From a virus, in the IMG/VR virus record IMGVR_UViG_3300005980_000002: 41,474 nt of DNA. One strand, written 5' to 3'. Numbering within the stretch: position 1 is the first letter of the stretch; each line of letters starts with the position of its first letter. Made by a program: the position numbers and the translations under genes. Of this stretch, positions 15,986 through 25,519 are shown piece after piece. Under the pieces are notes generated by a model that worked only from the letters and a program-made list of their open reading frames with translations, had not been told where the DNA came from and ran no database searches.

Positions 15986-16438
15986 ATGAGCTACGCCAAG
16001 GACCTACTCACCGGGATCGCACAGATGATCTCGGATTCGTCGATCGCCGTTTACAAGCCGACCGGCCCCTACAGTGCTGCGGACAACGCGATCGTCTTCG
16101 GCACGTGGCCGCAAACCCCTGACCGGTGCGTGGTCCTGAACTACACGCCCGTCACCCTGGGGACGATGATCCCCATGGAGCGGGGCATCCTCGAAGTCCA
16201 CGTCCGCGGTACCGCCGGCGACCCGTTCGACGCAACCGAGACAGCGTCAGCCGTGCGTGACCTGCTGCAGGGCCTCCGCGGCAAGCAGCTCGGGTCCGCG
16301 AACATCATCCAGGCGCTCCACAACAACAGCGTCCCGCTCGTGCAGGACGCGAACAAACGCTTCGAGCACGTCGAGACGTTCATCCTCGACGTCGACACCC
16401 CACCCACGACGGCCCGCCCGGACGGCGGCTGGGACTAA
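15986..16438 (+). CDS. tail terminator-like protein
   Basis: ORF track 150 aa; position directly upstream of the major tail protein. Confidence 0.55.
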   Translation: MSYAKDLLTGIAQMISDSSIAVYKPTGPYSAADNAIVFGTWPQTPDRCVVLNYTPVTLGTMIPMERGILEVHVRGTAGDPFDATETASAVRDLLQGLRGKQLGSANIIQALHNNSVPLVQDANKRFEHVETFILDVDTPPTTARPDGGWD

Positions 16439-16461
16439 CCCCCTCACGCTCATAACTGAAT

Positions 16462-16520
16462 AGCCCCACCCCTTCTAGCCTCACGAACCCGTGGGGCTTT
16501 TTTCATGCCCAAAAAGCCCC
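16462..16520 (+). terminator. Two overlapping, mutually exclusive hairpins upstream of the major tail gene
   Basis: Hairpin A: AGCCCCAC (16462-16469) pairs with GTGGGGCT (16491-16498), followed by TTTTTT. Hairpin B: GGGGCTTTTT (16493-16502) pairs with AAAAAGCCCC (16511-16520). Confidence 0.5.
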
Positions 16521-16535
16521 GTAGGAGGCACCCCG

Positions 16536-17237
16536 ATGTCAGTTTCCCTCGCACGCCGTTTCAAGGTTGATGTTTCGACCGATGGCACCAACTGGCTCCC
16601 GTTCAAGGGGATGCAGGACTTCTCCCCCAAGGAGAACGCCACCAACCAGTCGACCGCCACGTACGACAACAACGGTTTCGACAGTTTCGAGAAGACCCTC
16701 ACCGGCTGGGACGTCACGATCAAGGCGAACCGCCCCACCAGCGGCGGCGTGTTCGACCCGGGCCAGGAGTTGGTCCGTCAGGCGCAGTTCCAGTTCGGCG
16801 ACCAGGCCCGCGTGTACATCCGCTGGTACGACCGCAACGGTGCCGCCGGCGCCAAGTCCGGTCGGGCCCTGGTGGACTGGAACCAGTCGAAGACCGGTGT
16901 CGCCGACGTTGAGGAAGTCACCGCGTCGTTCAAGGGCGACGGCGTCCTCTCCGACATCACCAACCCGTCGACCGCCCCGGCTATCCCGGTCATTGCGACC
17001 GCGACCCCGTCCGGCGCTTCCGTGGGCCAGCTCGTCCGCATCACGGGTGCCGGGTTCAACGGCACCGTCGCGACCACGGGCGTGAAGTTCGGCGCCGTCA
17101 ACGCCACGACCTGGGATGTCGTGTCCGACTCCCTCATTGAAGCTGTTGTACCGACCGGCACGGCTGGCGCGGCGAACATCGTCGTCACCAACGCCGCCGG
17201 CTCGTCGACCGCGTTCGCTTACACCCGCGGCGCGTAG
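16536..17237 (+). CDS. major tail protein with a C-terminal IPT/TIG-like Ig domain
   Basis: Internal ATG of ORF 16491..17237, with AGGAGG upstream. C-terminus: ...PVIATATPSGASVGQLVRITGAGFNGT...VKFG... Confidence 0.8.
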   Translation: MSVSLARRFKVDVSTDGTNWLPFKGMQDFSPKENATNQSTATYDNNGFDSFEKTLTGWDVTIKANRPTSGGVFDPGQELVRQAQFQFGDQARVYIRWYDRNGAAGAKSGRALVDWNQSKTGVADVEEVTASFKGDGVLSDITNPSTAPAIPVIATATPSGASVGQLVRITGAGFNGTVATTGVKFGAVNATTWDVVSDSLIEAVVPTGTAGAANIVVTNAAGSSTAFAYTRGA

Positions 17238-17328
17238 GTCCCTCTAACCGGGGGCCGGGTTTCGTGAGAGTGACCCGGCCCCCGCACCACCCCTCAACTC
17301 TCACACCACTCTCACAAAGGACACCATC

Positions 17329-17787
17329 ATGGCTTTGCGCCCCTACGAAGACATTGTCGGACCCCTCATCATCCCTGTGCGCGGGAAAGAGTACACACTC
17401 CCCACCATCAGCTTGCAGGACGGTTTGCGGATTCACGCGGCCACGTCCAAGGGCGAAGACCTGTCCCTGAACGACCTCACCGAGATCATTCTCGGCGACA
17501 CGAAGGCGCAGATGCTCGCCGACAGCGTCCCCCCTTCCGTGGTTGACCGTGCCCTCTGGGCTGGCATCGCGGACTTCCAGGCGGCCCGCGAAGCAGCAGA
17601 GCAGGTGTGGGAGCATGGCGTCCCAAAAGCGGTACTGGAGGAGCTGGTGACAGCCCTCGGACAGGCCCCGACGACCCCAACGGGCGCGGAGACTACGACG
17701 CCGCCACAGGCCTCTGGGAATGGTACGAAACCCCGCAAGAAACGGTCGCCTTCCCCTGGGAAGACATCCTCGCCCAGTGGGGCCTGA
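17329..17787 (+). CDS. tail assembly chaperone (G-like, short product)
   Basis: ORF track 152 aa; lies between the major tail and tape measure genes. Confidence 0.8.
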   Translation: MALRPYEDIVGPLIIPVRGKEYTLPTISLQDGLRIHAATSKGEDLSLNDLTEIILGDTKAQMLADSVPPSVVDRALWAGIADFQAAREAAEQVWEHGVPKAVLEELVTALGQAPTTPTGAETTTPPQASGNGTKPRKKRSPSPGKTSSPSGA

Positions 17788-17945
17788 TTGTCGCTGACTT
17801 CGCTTCCGAGTACGGGATCCACCTCCACCGCGAGACCCCGTCGTGGCCCGAGTTCCGCGACTACGTGACCGGATTACTTAAGTCCGACTCACGCCTACTG
17901 AGAGAACTTCGCCCCCGCACTGACGAAACACCACCACAGGAGTAG
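17329..17945 (+). CDS. tail assembly chaperone, -1 frameshift fusion product (GT-like)
   Basis: The ORF 17607..17945 lies in the -1 frame relative to 17329..17787. The slippery heptamer at 17622-17628 joins ...HGVPK to SGTGGAG... Confidence 0.75.
17622..17628 (+). promoter_or_regulatory. -1 programmed ribosomal frameshift slippery site C CCA AAA
   Basis: X XXY YYZ heptamer in the zero frame of the chaperone gene, inside the overlap of the two ORFs. Confidence 0.75.
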
Positions 17946-17947
17946 CC

Positions 17948-20659
17948 ATGTCCAGCCAAGGCCCCACAACGACTGGCTCCATTGACGCGAAACTCACCGT
18001 CGATGATTCCGACTTCAAAAGGGGCATGGCCGAGGCGAAGGCTGAAGCTAAAGAGGTTGGCGCGCTCGCCCCCGAGGTGAAGGTTGACGCTAACGTCGGC
18101 CCCGCGCTAGCTAAGCTCGACGCTGTCGCCATGGCTGAACATCGGTTGGAAGCAGCGCAGCGGGCGAAGCTGAACACGTCCGGCGCGCTGTCGGTCGCTG
18201 AGATGCGTTACGAAGCGGTCACGACGAAGTCGGGCCGCACTGATTTGCAGGTTGCTGCGGCTGAGGAAGCCCTCGCGCGAGCGCGCCGTGCCGACATGGT
18301 CGCAACCGAAAAAAGCACAGTGGCGACCGCCGCGCTCAACGTCGCGAAAGCCGAATCGGTACGCAAGTCAGCCGAAGAAGCCGCAGCGAACGACGCCGAA
18401 GCCGAGTCAACGAAGCGCGCCACGCAAGCGAACAACCAGCGCGTATCCGCCATCGGCGTCCTCATCGCACTGGCGCCCGCCGTCCTGTCCGCTGCCGCAC
18501 CCATCGCTGCTGCCGCAGTCGGTCTAGGTGCGGCATTCGGCGTCATGGGCGTCAGTGGGGTCCTCGCCATCAAGGGCATCAAAGACGCCATGCAGGTCGG
18601 CGACACTGTCGGCAATACATACGCTTCCGGCCTGACCGTAGTCAAGGGCAACCTAGACCAGCTCGCAGGGACCGCCGCTACCGGGATGCTCTCCGCATTC
18701 TCGTCAGCCATCGACGGCATCAACGGCCGCATGCCGTTCCTCTCCCGCATGACGGGCGAGTTCTCCGTACAGCTTGGGCAGATCGGCGGTACTGCGCTAC
18801 GGGGCGTCCTCGACGGGCTCCAGCAGATGATGCCCCTCTTGCAGGCCGGCGGAAATGAACTTTCCAAGTTTGTGACATGGCTGTTCAGCTTCAACGGCAC
18901 AAATGGGTTCAACCAGTTCATCTCCTACGCGGTAGAGAACCTGCCCTCCGTGATGCACCTCATCGAGAACCTGGTGACCACTGCGGGGCATATCCTGTCC
19001 GCGTTCGCGCCCATGGGGCCAGTGGTGATCGGCGCACTGTCGGGGATCTCCGACATCCTCAACGCGCTGCCTCTCCCGGTCCTCGCCGGATTGGTAACCA
19101 CGGCCACGGCGGTCGCCCCCGCCATGAACATCGCCGGATCGGCGATCGCCATGTTCGGCATCAAGACGCAGCTTTCCATCCCCGTCGTGGGCCTTATCAC
19201 CGCGGCACTGTCCGGGCTAGGAATGATGGCAGCTACTGCCGCGCTGGGCACGGACCAGGGCACCGCAGCGATGACGAGCTACGGGGACGCGGTCCAGCGG
19301 GACAACGGCCTGATCGGCGAGAACGTCCGCCTACAGGCTGCACACGCGGCGACGACCAAGGAAATGCGGGACGCTGCCGATTCCCTCGGCCTGTCCACCA
19401 TTACCGTGCTTAACGCCATGCTGGGGGAACCTGCCGCGATCTCCACCACCAACAACGCGATGGCGACGGCAATTGACCGGCGTGAACAGTTGCGCCGGGG
19501 TGACGAGAACCTGACCGACACATCGCTTCGCCTGAAGCACGCGAAGGACACCCTCACCAACGGGATCCAGCAGAATACCACCGAGATCAACAACAACATC
19601 GACGCCTACCACGCCTACAAGGGCGCCACGGACGCGGGCACGGGCGCCACCAACATGCAGACGACGGCACTCCAGGCACAAGCCGCCCAGTACGGCGTCA
19701 CGGTATCCCAGTATCAGGCCGCAACGGACGCGCAGACGAAAACCGGAACGACAACCGCTGACACGACCTTGAAGATGCGGTTGCAGAGTGACGCAGCGGG
19801 CCTGTTAAAAATGGCGTGGGATGAGCTGAACGGCAAGACCATCAGTGCCGCGCAGGCTCAGAACGCCTTTGATTCGTCACTGGCGAACATGGGCGACCAC
19901 ATCAGCGCCACCGGCAAGAAGATCACATTCACCACGACGAGTATCACGGACATGTCGGCTGCGTCCGTTGCATTGCGCGGGGAACTGATCGGCCAGGTCA
20001 CCGGCATGGAAAAGGTCATTGAGGCTGACGGTGGACTCCAGAACGCCACGGCCCAGTCGAAGCAGAAATACGCTGAGATGCGGGAGCAGATCATTGCGAA
20101 TGCCGTGGCGCACGGCGTGAACCGCGACGCCGCTGAGGCTTACATCAGCTCCATCTATAAGGTGCCCCCAGCGGTCACCACGCGGATCGAGATCGACACG
20201 GCAGCGGCGAACGCGAAACTTGCAACGACCAAGGGCATGCTGGAAGCCCTCCGCGACAAAACCATCTACGTTGACGTGCAACGATCCGACTCAAACGTGG
20301 ATAACACGGGTGGCGCGGGGCATGTCCAGCCGGTCAAGTACAACGCAGCCGGTGGAATGGTCAGCTATCTCGCCAGCGGCGGCTTTCCGGGCGGCCCCAA
20401 GGGGACGGACACCGTTCCTACGTGGCTCACCCCCGGAGAGATCGTCATCAACCGGGCGTCAGTGCAGTCCCTAGGCGCTGGCAACCTGCTCCACGCCAAC
20501 AAGACCGGGCAGTGGCCCGGGCAGGGAGCCCCCCAGCCGGTGGCGCCTGTTGTGCATGTCTACGTCGGGAACGAACAGCTCGACTCCCGCATGTACACGG
20601 TCGCTCAGGGGGCCATCGGTTCGGCAGGGCGAGACGCCGGGAGGCGCCCGGCCCGCTGA
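17948..20659 (+). CDS. tape measure protein
   Basis: ORF track 903 aa. Ala-rich coiled-coil N-terminus and central hydrophobic segments; position after the chaperones. Confidence 0.9.
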   Translation: MSSQGPTTTGSIDAKLTVDDSDFKRGMAEAKAEAKEVGALAPEVKVDANVGPALAKLDAVAMAEHRLEAAQRAKLNTSGALSVAEMRYEAVTTKSGRTDLQVAAAEEALARARRADMVATEKSTVATAALNVAKAESVRKSAEEAAANDAEAESTKRATQANNQRVSAIGVLIALAPAVLSAAAPIAAAAVGLGAAFGVMGVSGVLAIKGIKDAMQVGDTVGNTYASGLTVVKGNLDQLAGTAATGMLSAFSSAIDGINGRMPFLSRMTGEFSVQLGQIGGTALRGVLDGLQQMMPLLQAGGNELSKFVTWLFSFNGTNGFNQFISYAVENLPSVMHLIENLVTTAGHILSAFAPMGPVVIGALSGISDILNALPLPVLAGLVTTATAVAPAMNIAGSAIAMFGIKTQLSIPVVGLITAALSGLGMMAATAALGTDQGTAAMTSYGDAVQRDNGLIGENVRLQAAHAATTKEMRDAADSLGLSTITVLNAMLGEPAAISTTNNAMATAIDRREQLRRGDENLTDTSLRLKHAKDTLTNGIQQNTTEINNNIDAYHAYKGATDAGTGATNMQTTALQAQAAQYGVTVSQYQAATDAQTKTGTTTADTTLKMRLQSDAAGLLKMAWDELNGKTISAAQAQNAFDSSLANMGDHISATGKKITFTTTSITDMSAASVALRGELIGQVTGMEKVIEADGGLQNATAQSKQKYAEMREQIIANAVAHGVNRDAAEAYISSIYKVPPAVTTRIEIDTAAANAKLATTKGMLEALRDKTIYVDVQRSDSNVDNTGGAGHVQPVKYNAAGGMVSYLASGGFPGGPKGTDTVPTWLTPGEIVINRASVQSLGAGNLLHANKTGQWPGQGAPQPVAPVVHVYVGNEQLDSRMYTVAQGAIGSAGRDAGRRPAR

Positions 20660-20913
20660 CCCACGAGGTAGTCGACGGCGGCGGCGAGCTTGTAGAAGCC
20701 CGCCGCCAGCCCGACAACCCCAGCGGCGGCGAAGATCGCCCCGAAGATGATCCACCCCATGCCGGGGTGTTCCGCGGCACCGTACTTGCTGACGACTTCG
20801 GCGGCGTTCAATCCCGCGCCGATCACGTTCATCACCCCACCGAGTGCGGTGGCGATGAATCCGAAGGCGATCAGGACGGCGGACGAGCCGGGCTTGTTGT
20901 TCATGTACCACAC
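20605..20913 (-). CDS. small integral membrane protein (2-3 TM segments)
   Basis: ORF track 102 aa, GTG start (alternative ATG at 20904). GC3-rich in its own frame. Hydrophobic segments SSAVLIAFGFIATALGGVMNVIGAGL and GMGWIIFGAIFAAAGVVGLAAGFY. Overlaps the tape-measure 3' end by 55 nt on the opposite strand. Confidence 0.7.
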   Translation of the reverse strand: MWYMNNKPGSSAVLIAFGFIATALGGVMNVIGAGLNAAEVVSKYGAAEHPGMGWIIFGAIFAAAGVVGLAAGFYKLAAAVDYLVGQRAGRLPASRPAEPMAP

Positions 20914-20951
20914 GATACGGCTTCGGCCACCCGATTAATAGGAGGCCGCCC

Positions 20952-22388
20952 GTGTCCGTGACAACCCGCACGAACCTCGCTACGAACCCGTCCGCGGGGA
21001 CGAACGCGACGAACTACGCAGCTGTTCCCGGGACCAGCGGGACCGCCGCGGTTGCCTGGAACTCAGGGGCCGGCTACCAGAACATTCCCGGATACCCCCG
21101 GGTGACATGGACTGTAGCGACGACAGCTGTTAGCGGCGGGATCTCGTACACGGGGTCCGGGCTCGCCGCTAACACGCAGTACGCGACCCAGATCTGGGTG
21201 CGCTGCTCGAAGGCGCAGACCGTGAACCTGAAAGTGGACTTCCGCAACGCCTCCAACACCATCGTGAACACGGTCACCGGGGCGAACGTGGCCCTGACCG
21301 CGAACACGTGGACGCAGCTCACCGTCATTGGCACGTCCGGAGCCGCGGTCACGAACGCCGTGTTCACTGCCCAGGCTGTTACGGGCGGGTCGAGCTGGGC
21401 GGTGAACGACTGGTTCGACGGTGAAGCGATCCTCATCGAAGCTACCGCCACGGTCGGGGTCTACTTCGACGGCGGGTTCGTGAACGCCAACAGCGTCATG
21501 TACGCCTGGACCGGGGCTGCGAACGCCTCCACCTCCACGGCGAAAACCTATGTCCCAGTGATCGCGTTGAACCCGCGCACGGACGCCCCCTGCCCCCGGG
21601 TTGAGGTCACCATCACTGACGTCACACCCACCGACAACGTCGTGACCGTGTGGCGGACCGCGGACGGTAAACGCCAGGCAGTCCGCGGCGCTAGGAAGTG
21701 GACGGTCAACGGCTCAAACGCCATCGTCGACTACGAAGCGCCCCTCGGCCGCACCGTAGCTTACGACCTGGAAGTAACGTCCGGGCTGAACTACGGCGCG
21801 GGCGCAACCCAGCAAACCACCACCGTGAACAGTGCCACGTGGTGGATACAGGACCCCCTTGTCCCCTCGTCGGCTATCGCGGTGGACGTGGCGAAACAGG
21901 ACTCCTCCAAACCGTACCTGACAGCCGCCGCAGTCAAGTCGTTGGAGTACGCGGCAGGGGTGAATATCATCCCCATCCTTGGCTCCACCCAGCCCGTCGC
22001 CCTCATGGGGCAACGGCTCGCCGCGGCGGGCGTGGACTTCTCCATGTTCACCAACACGGCCACGGTCACCACCCAGCTCCGGAACCTGCTCCAGCAAACC
22101 CCACTCCTACTGGTCAGGTCGAACGGGGTCCGCAACAACGGCATCCCCGGGCTCGCTTACTACGCCGCCGCGAAACCCGTCGAGCACCCGGTGACGGTCG
22201 GCTTCGGAGGGACCCTCACGAACTGGGCACTCAGCGGTGACCTCGTCGCGGCCCCGGCCATGAACGTCCTTGTTCCGGTGTGGACGTACGGGACTGTTGC
22301 CGCGCTGTGGTCCACCTACCAGCAGGCACAAACGGCGTTGGCTTCCAAGACCTACCTCGACGTCCTCAAATCCCCATCAGGAGCATAA
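20952..22388 (+). CDS. minor tail protein (N-terminal carbohydrate-binding-like region plus distal-tail-like C-terminal part)
   Basis: ORF track 478 aa, with AGGAGG upstream. N-terminus TNLATNPS...; first gene after the tape measure. Confidence 0.7.
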   Translation: MSVTTRTNLATNPSAGTNATNYAAVPGTSGTAAVAWNSGAGYQNIPGYPRVTWTVATTAVSGGISYTGSGLAANTQYATQIWVRCSKAQTVNLKVDFRNASNTIVNTVTGANVALTANTWTQLTVIGTSGAAVTNAVFTAQAVTGGSSWAVNDWFDGEAILIEATATVGVYFDGGFVNANSVMYAWTGAANASTSTAKTYVPVIALNPRTDAPCPRVEVTITDVTPTDNVVTVWRTADGKRQAVRGARKWTVNGSNAIVDYEAPLGRTVAYDLEVTSGLNYGAGATQQTTTVNSATWWIQDPLVPSSAIAVDVAKQDSSKPYLTAAAVKSLEYAAGVNIIPILGSTQPVALMGQRLAAAGVDFSMFTNTATVTTQLRNLLQQTPLLLVRSNGVRNNGIPGLAYYAAAKPVEHPVTVGFGGTLTNWALSGDLVAAPAMNVLVPVWTYGTVAALWSTYQQAQTALASKTYLDVLKSPSGA

Positions 22389-22390
22389 AC

Positions 22391-22636
22391 ATGGCCCAGG
22401 TTGACGCGATTTTCGCTGGCACCATTACCCAGTCCATCGCCGGAACTGCGCTCCAGAAGCTGTCCCCGGATGCAACCTTTCTATCGGTGGTCCTCAATGT
22501 GACTGCCATGTCCGGGTCCGGCGCTTCGGCAGCGTTCCGAATCCAATGGTCCGTCAAGGCCATGTACTGGCGGGCTGTGTGCGACCTAGCCGGCACCGAC
22601 CCATCTTTCACAGGTTCCGCTAACTGCTACTCCTAG
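22391..22636 (+). CDS. hypothetical small protein of atypical composition
   Basis: Internal ATG of ORF 22280..22636. Third positions are clearly less GC-rich than in neighbouring genes. Confidence 0.4.
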   Translation: MAQVDAIFAGTITQSIAGTALQKLSPDATFLSVVLNVTAMSGSGASAAFRIQWSVKAMYWRAVCDLAGTDPSFTGSANCYS

Positions 22637-22645
22637 GGGGTTCCG

Positions 22646-23905
22646 ATGCGTCAGATTGATGCGAACACCCTCGCCGCCCTCTACGGTTCCCGCGCCGGCG
22701 ACTCGCTCACGGTGTGGGCTTGGTACGGCGGCAGACTGGCGTGGGACGTGCAACTGCCCGTGTCGGCGGCTAAGTTCTCGTGGGACACGACCCGGCAGAT
22801 CCAGACCGTGTCCCTGTCCCTGACGGACAAGGACGGGACCCTCGCCCCGTGGCTGCTAGAGGACCCCCTCGGTGTTGGCGGGTCGCGGCTGCAGGTGACG
22901 TACAACGTCGGCGGGGCCGGGTCGGTCCCCCTCGGCTGGTACCGGATCACGCACTCCACCCCGGCGGAGTCGTGGGTCTCGTACACCATCACCGAGGCGG
23001 GGACTGTCACCCCCGACAGCCCAGTTGCCCCGGGTAAACGCCTCGCCCACGTGTCCGGCGGGGCCACGATCAGCGTGGAGGGAGACGACCTCGGGACCCT
23101 CATCGGGAAGGCCCGATTCCCCGCCCCCGAATCCCCGCAAGGCACCTCCCCGACGATTGTGGGCGAGATCAAACGCCTCCTCGGTGACATCGCACCCGTC
23201 GTCACCACCGCGGGTGTCACCGACCGTGCCGTGAACAAAACCCTCGTCTACCAGGACGACCGGCTCAACGCCGTCCAAGACCTGTGCAAACGGATCAACT
23301 GTGATTACCGGTTCAACGGTGCGGGACAGTTCGAAATCTACCCACTCACCCCGCAAACACCCGTGGCGACGTTGAAGGGCGGGCCCGAGGGCCTGCTCGT
23401 CAGGGTGGACCGTAAGCAGGAGTACGAGGGCCTGTACAACGAGTTTTACGCGGACGGGCAGTACCAGACAACCGCGGCGGACGGCACGCAGACGCAGATC
23501 CCCATCCGGGGATATGCGGCGATCACTGCCGGGCCGCTCAGGGTCAGCGGCCCCCACGGACGCTACCCGAAGTTCTACTCGTCCACGATGCTCACCACCC
23601 AGGCCGAGTGTGACGCCTACGCCCTGACGATGCGGGACACACAGCTCGCCGGTTTAACCACGGACCTCGTAGTGACCTGCCTGCCGTTGCCGCATGTGCA
23701 GCAGGGCGATTGGGTGACGGTTTACAACCCGGTCGTCAACGGGCGGGTCATCTCCCTGACGGGCCGGGTCAAGACCATGGACCTTGGCTTCACGAACACC
23801 GCACCCGACCGGATGACCGTGACCGTGGAGTGCACGTACACGGATGTTCAGGCGGCGTTCTCGTCCGCGTCGAACCTGTCGCTCGCCGGCCCCCTCAACC
23901 GCTAG
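22646..23905 (+). CDS. minor tail protein (tail-tip / Tal-like)
   Basis: ORF track 419 aa; call rests on synteny. Confidence 0.7.
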   Translation: MRQIDANTLAALYGSRAGDSLTVWAWYGGRLAWDVQLPVSAAKFSWDTTRQIQTVSLSLTDKDGTLAPWLLEDPLGVGGSRLQVTYNVGGAGSVPLGWYRITHSTPAESWVSYTITEAGTVTPDSPVAPGKRLAHVSGGATISVEGDDLGTLIGKARFPAPESPQGTSPTIVGEIKRLLGDIAPVVTTAGVTDRAVNKTLVYQDDRLNAVQDLCKRINCDYRFNGAGQFEIYPLTPQTPVATLKGGPEGLLVRVDRKQEYEGLYNEFYADGQYQTTAADGTQTQIPIRGYAAITAGPLRVSGPHGRYPKFYSSTMLTTQAECDAYALTMRDTQLAGLTTDLVVTCLPLPHVQQGDWVTVYNPVVNGRVISLTGRVKTMDLGFTNTAPDRMTVTVECTYTDVQAAFSSASNLSLAGPLNR

Positions 23906-23927
23906 CCACCCGGAAGGGGGGGTTCCT

Positions 23928-24893
23928 TTGGCGAACCTTCGAAGCCTTGAGTCAACCCCCGCCGCGGGGGGCGCGGTCACGTACCCGGGGGTGGTGGTGC
24001 GGGACGCTAACCAGAAGTTGGCGGTGAACGTCAACGGCAACATCATCCCGGCGCGGTGGGCTGACCCTTTGGTGGTGGCTCCGGGCGACCCGGTGACGGT
24101 GCAGATCAGCGCCGGGCCTACGGGCGGCGGTGACGCCGTCGTGACGGGCCGGATCACCATGCAGCCCCGCCCCGGTACCGGGACGGTGAAGACCGTTCCG
24201 GCATCCTCGTCCACGATCACGGTCACGGGCACGGATAGCACCGATTACACGGCCACGTTTGTCGCCTCTTACACCCCCACCGTGGGTGACAACGTGATTC
24301 TGGCGTGGAACGCGAACACCCCCACCGTGAACGGCAAGGTCGGGACCGTAGCCGCACCCGCGCCAGTCGCGCCCCCCGAAGGCGTCGCTCCCCCACCCTC
24401 GGCGCCACCGTCCGGGCAAACCCCATTCGCAGCCACGGACGCCGCCACATGGGTGCCCGGAAACGGTGCTTGGGATTCGTGGGCAGGTGGTGGCGGCAAC
24501 GTCTACCAAGGCTCCTACAGCGGCTACACCACCTACGGGTCATGGTTTTACGCCGGGTCCGCTGCGCAGCTCGCGGGCCGAATCTGGACGCGCATCCAAT
24601 TCACGCTCGGCACGCGCCGCGCCGTGGGTTCGTACAACTCCCCGATCACTTTGCACCTGTACACGCACACGTCAGCGAACCGCCCGGGTGGGGACGTGAC
24701 CCGCAATACCGGCCCGTATGACGTGGTGATCCAGCCGGGGCAGGGACAGATCACGTTCGACCTTCCTACATCGTTCGCGGGTGACCTCGCTAACGGCGGG
24801 GGTATTTCCATTGCCGGGGACCCTTATGCGGGGTTCAACGGTGTCCTCATTGAACCGGCCTCCGGGCTACTAACCATCGACTGGAGCCGATAA
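23928..24893 (+). CDS. minor tail protein with a Pro/Ala linker
   Basis: In frame with ORF 23844..24893. Proposed TTG start lies after GGAAGGGGG and the upstream stop; the start is uncertain. Confidence 0.6.
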   Translation: MANLRSLESTPAAGGAVTYPGVVVRDANQKLAVNVNGNIIPARWADPLVVAPGDPVTVQISAGPTGGGDAVVTGRITMQPRPGTGTVKTVPASSSTITVTGTDSTDYTATFVASYTPTVGDNVILAWNANTPTVNGKVGTVAAPAPVAPPEGVAPPPSAPPSGQTPFAATDAATWVPGNGAWDSWAGGGGNVYQGSYSGYTTYGSWFYAGSAAQLAGRIWTRIQFTLGTRRAVGSYNSPITLHLYTHTSANRPGGDVTRNTGPYDVVIQPGQGQITFDLPTSFAGDLANGGGISIAGDPYAGFNGVLIEPASGLLTIDWSR

Positions 24894-25519
24894 TGCCACA
24901 GACCCGCCAGAACAAGGGTGTTGCACCCGTGAACTCGGACGCCTACAACCTCGCGCCCGACCTTGCCACCCTCATAGATTCGCTGAACGTTGTGATCCCG
25001 GTGGCGTCCCAGGCGGAACGGGACGCCCTCACGAAGAAGGCTGGCCTCGCCGTGGCTCGCACTGACCTCACCGGGTTGCCGATTGAACGGTGCGATGGAA
25101 CGAACTGGTGGAACACCCAGCACTCTGAATGGACGTTCAACCAGTCCGGCGTCCCATCCGGCACCGTATGGGGAACTAATACCCTCACTGTCGACTCGGC
25201 GAACAGCACCGACACGACGTTTGTCACCTGCCCCTCAGCCGATCTCCTCACCATTAGGGACGCCGGCACATACGCGATCCACCTCATGGGCAAATGGGGA
25301 ACCGCGAACACCGGATTCGGTTTCGTGCAGATCACTGACTCGAACGGCACGAACACGTGGGCCGTCTCTCCCGCCACGGCGAACCTCAGCGTACTGTCGA
25401 CCAACATCCCAAACTTCCGCTGCGGCGCGAACACCACGATCAAACTCTCCTGCCTCATCACGATCTCCGGCACCACCACCTGGCAGGGCCGCGTCCGAAT
25501 CACCCGGATCGGCTACTAA
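24893..25519 (+). CDS. minor tail protein (possible receptor-binding component)
   Basis: ORF track 208 aa; ATG overlaps the upstream stop. Confidence 0.6.
   Translation: MPQTRQNKGVAPVNSDAYNLAPDLATLIDSLNVVIPVASQAERDALTKKAGLAVARTDLTGLPIERCDGTNWWNTQHSEWTFNQSGVPSGTVWGTNTLTVDSANSTDTTFVTCPSADLLTIRDAGTYAIHLMGKWGTANTGFGFVQITDSNGTNTWAVSPATANLSVLSTNIPNFRCGANTTIKLSCLITISGTTTWQGRVRITRIGY

Noticed and set aside
17607-17945. Independent 112-aa gene starting at ATG 17607
   Set aside because: It lies in the -1 frame of the tail chaperone with a CCCAAAA slippery site at 17622-17628. It is interpreted as the frameshift extension, not a separate gene.
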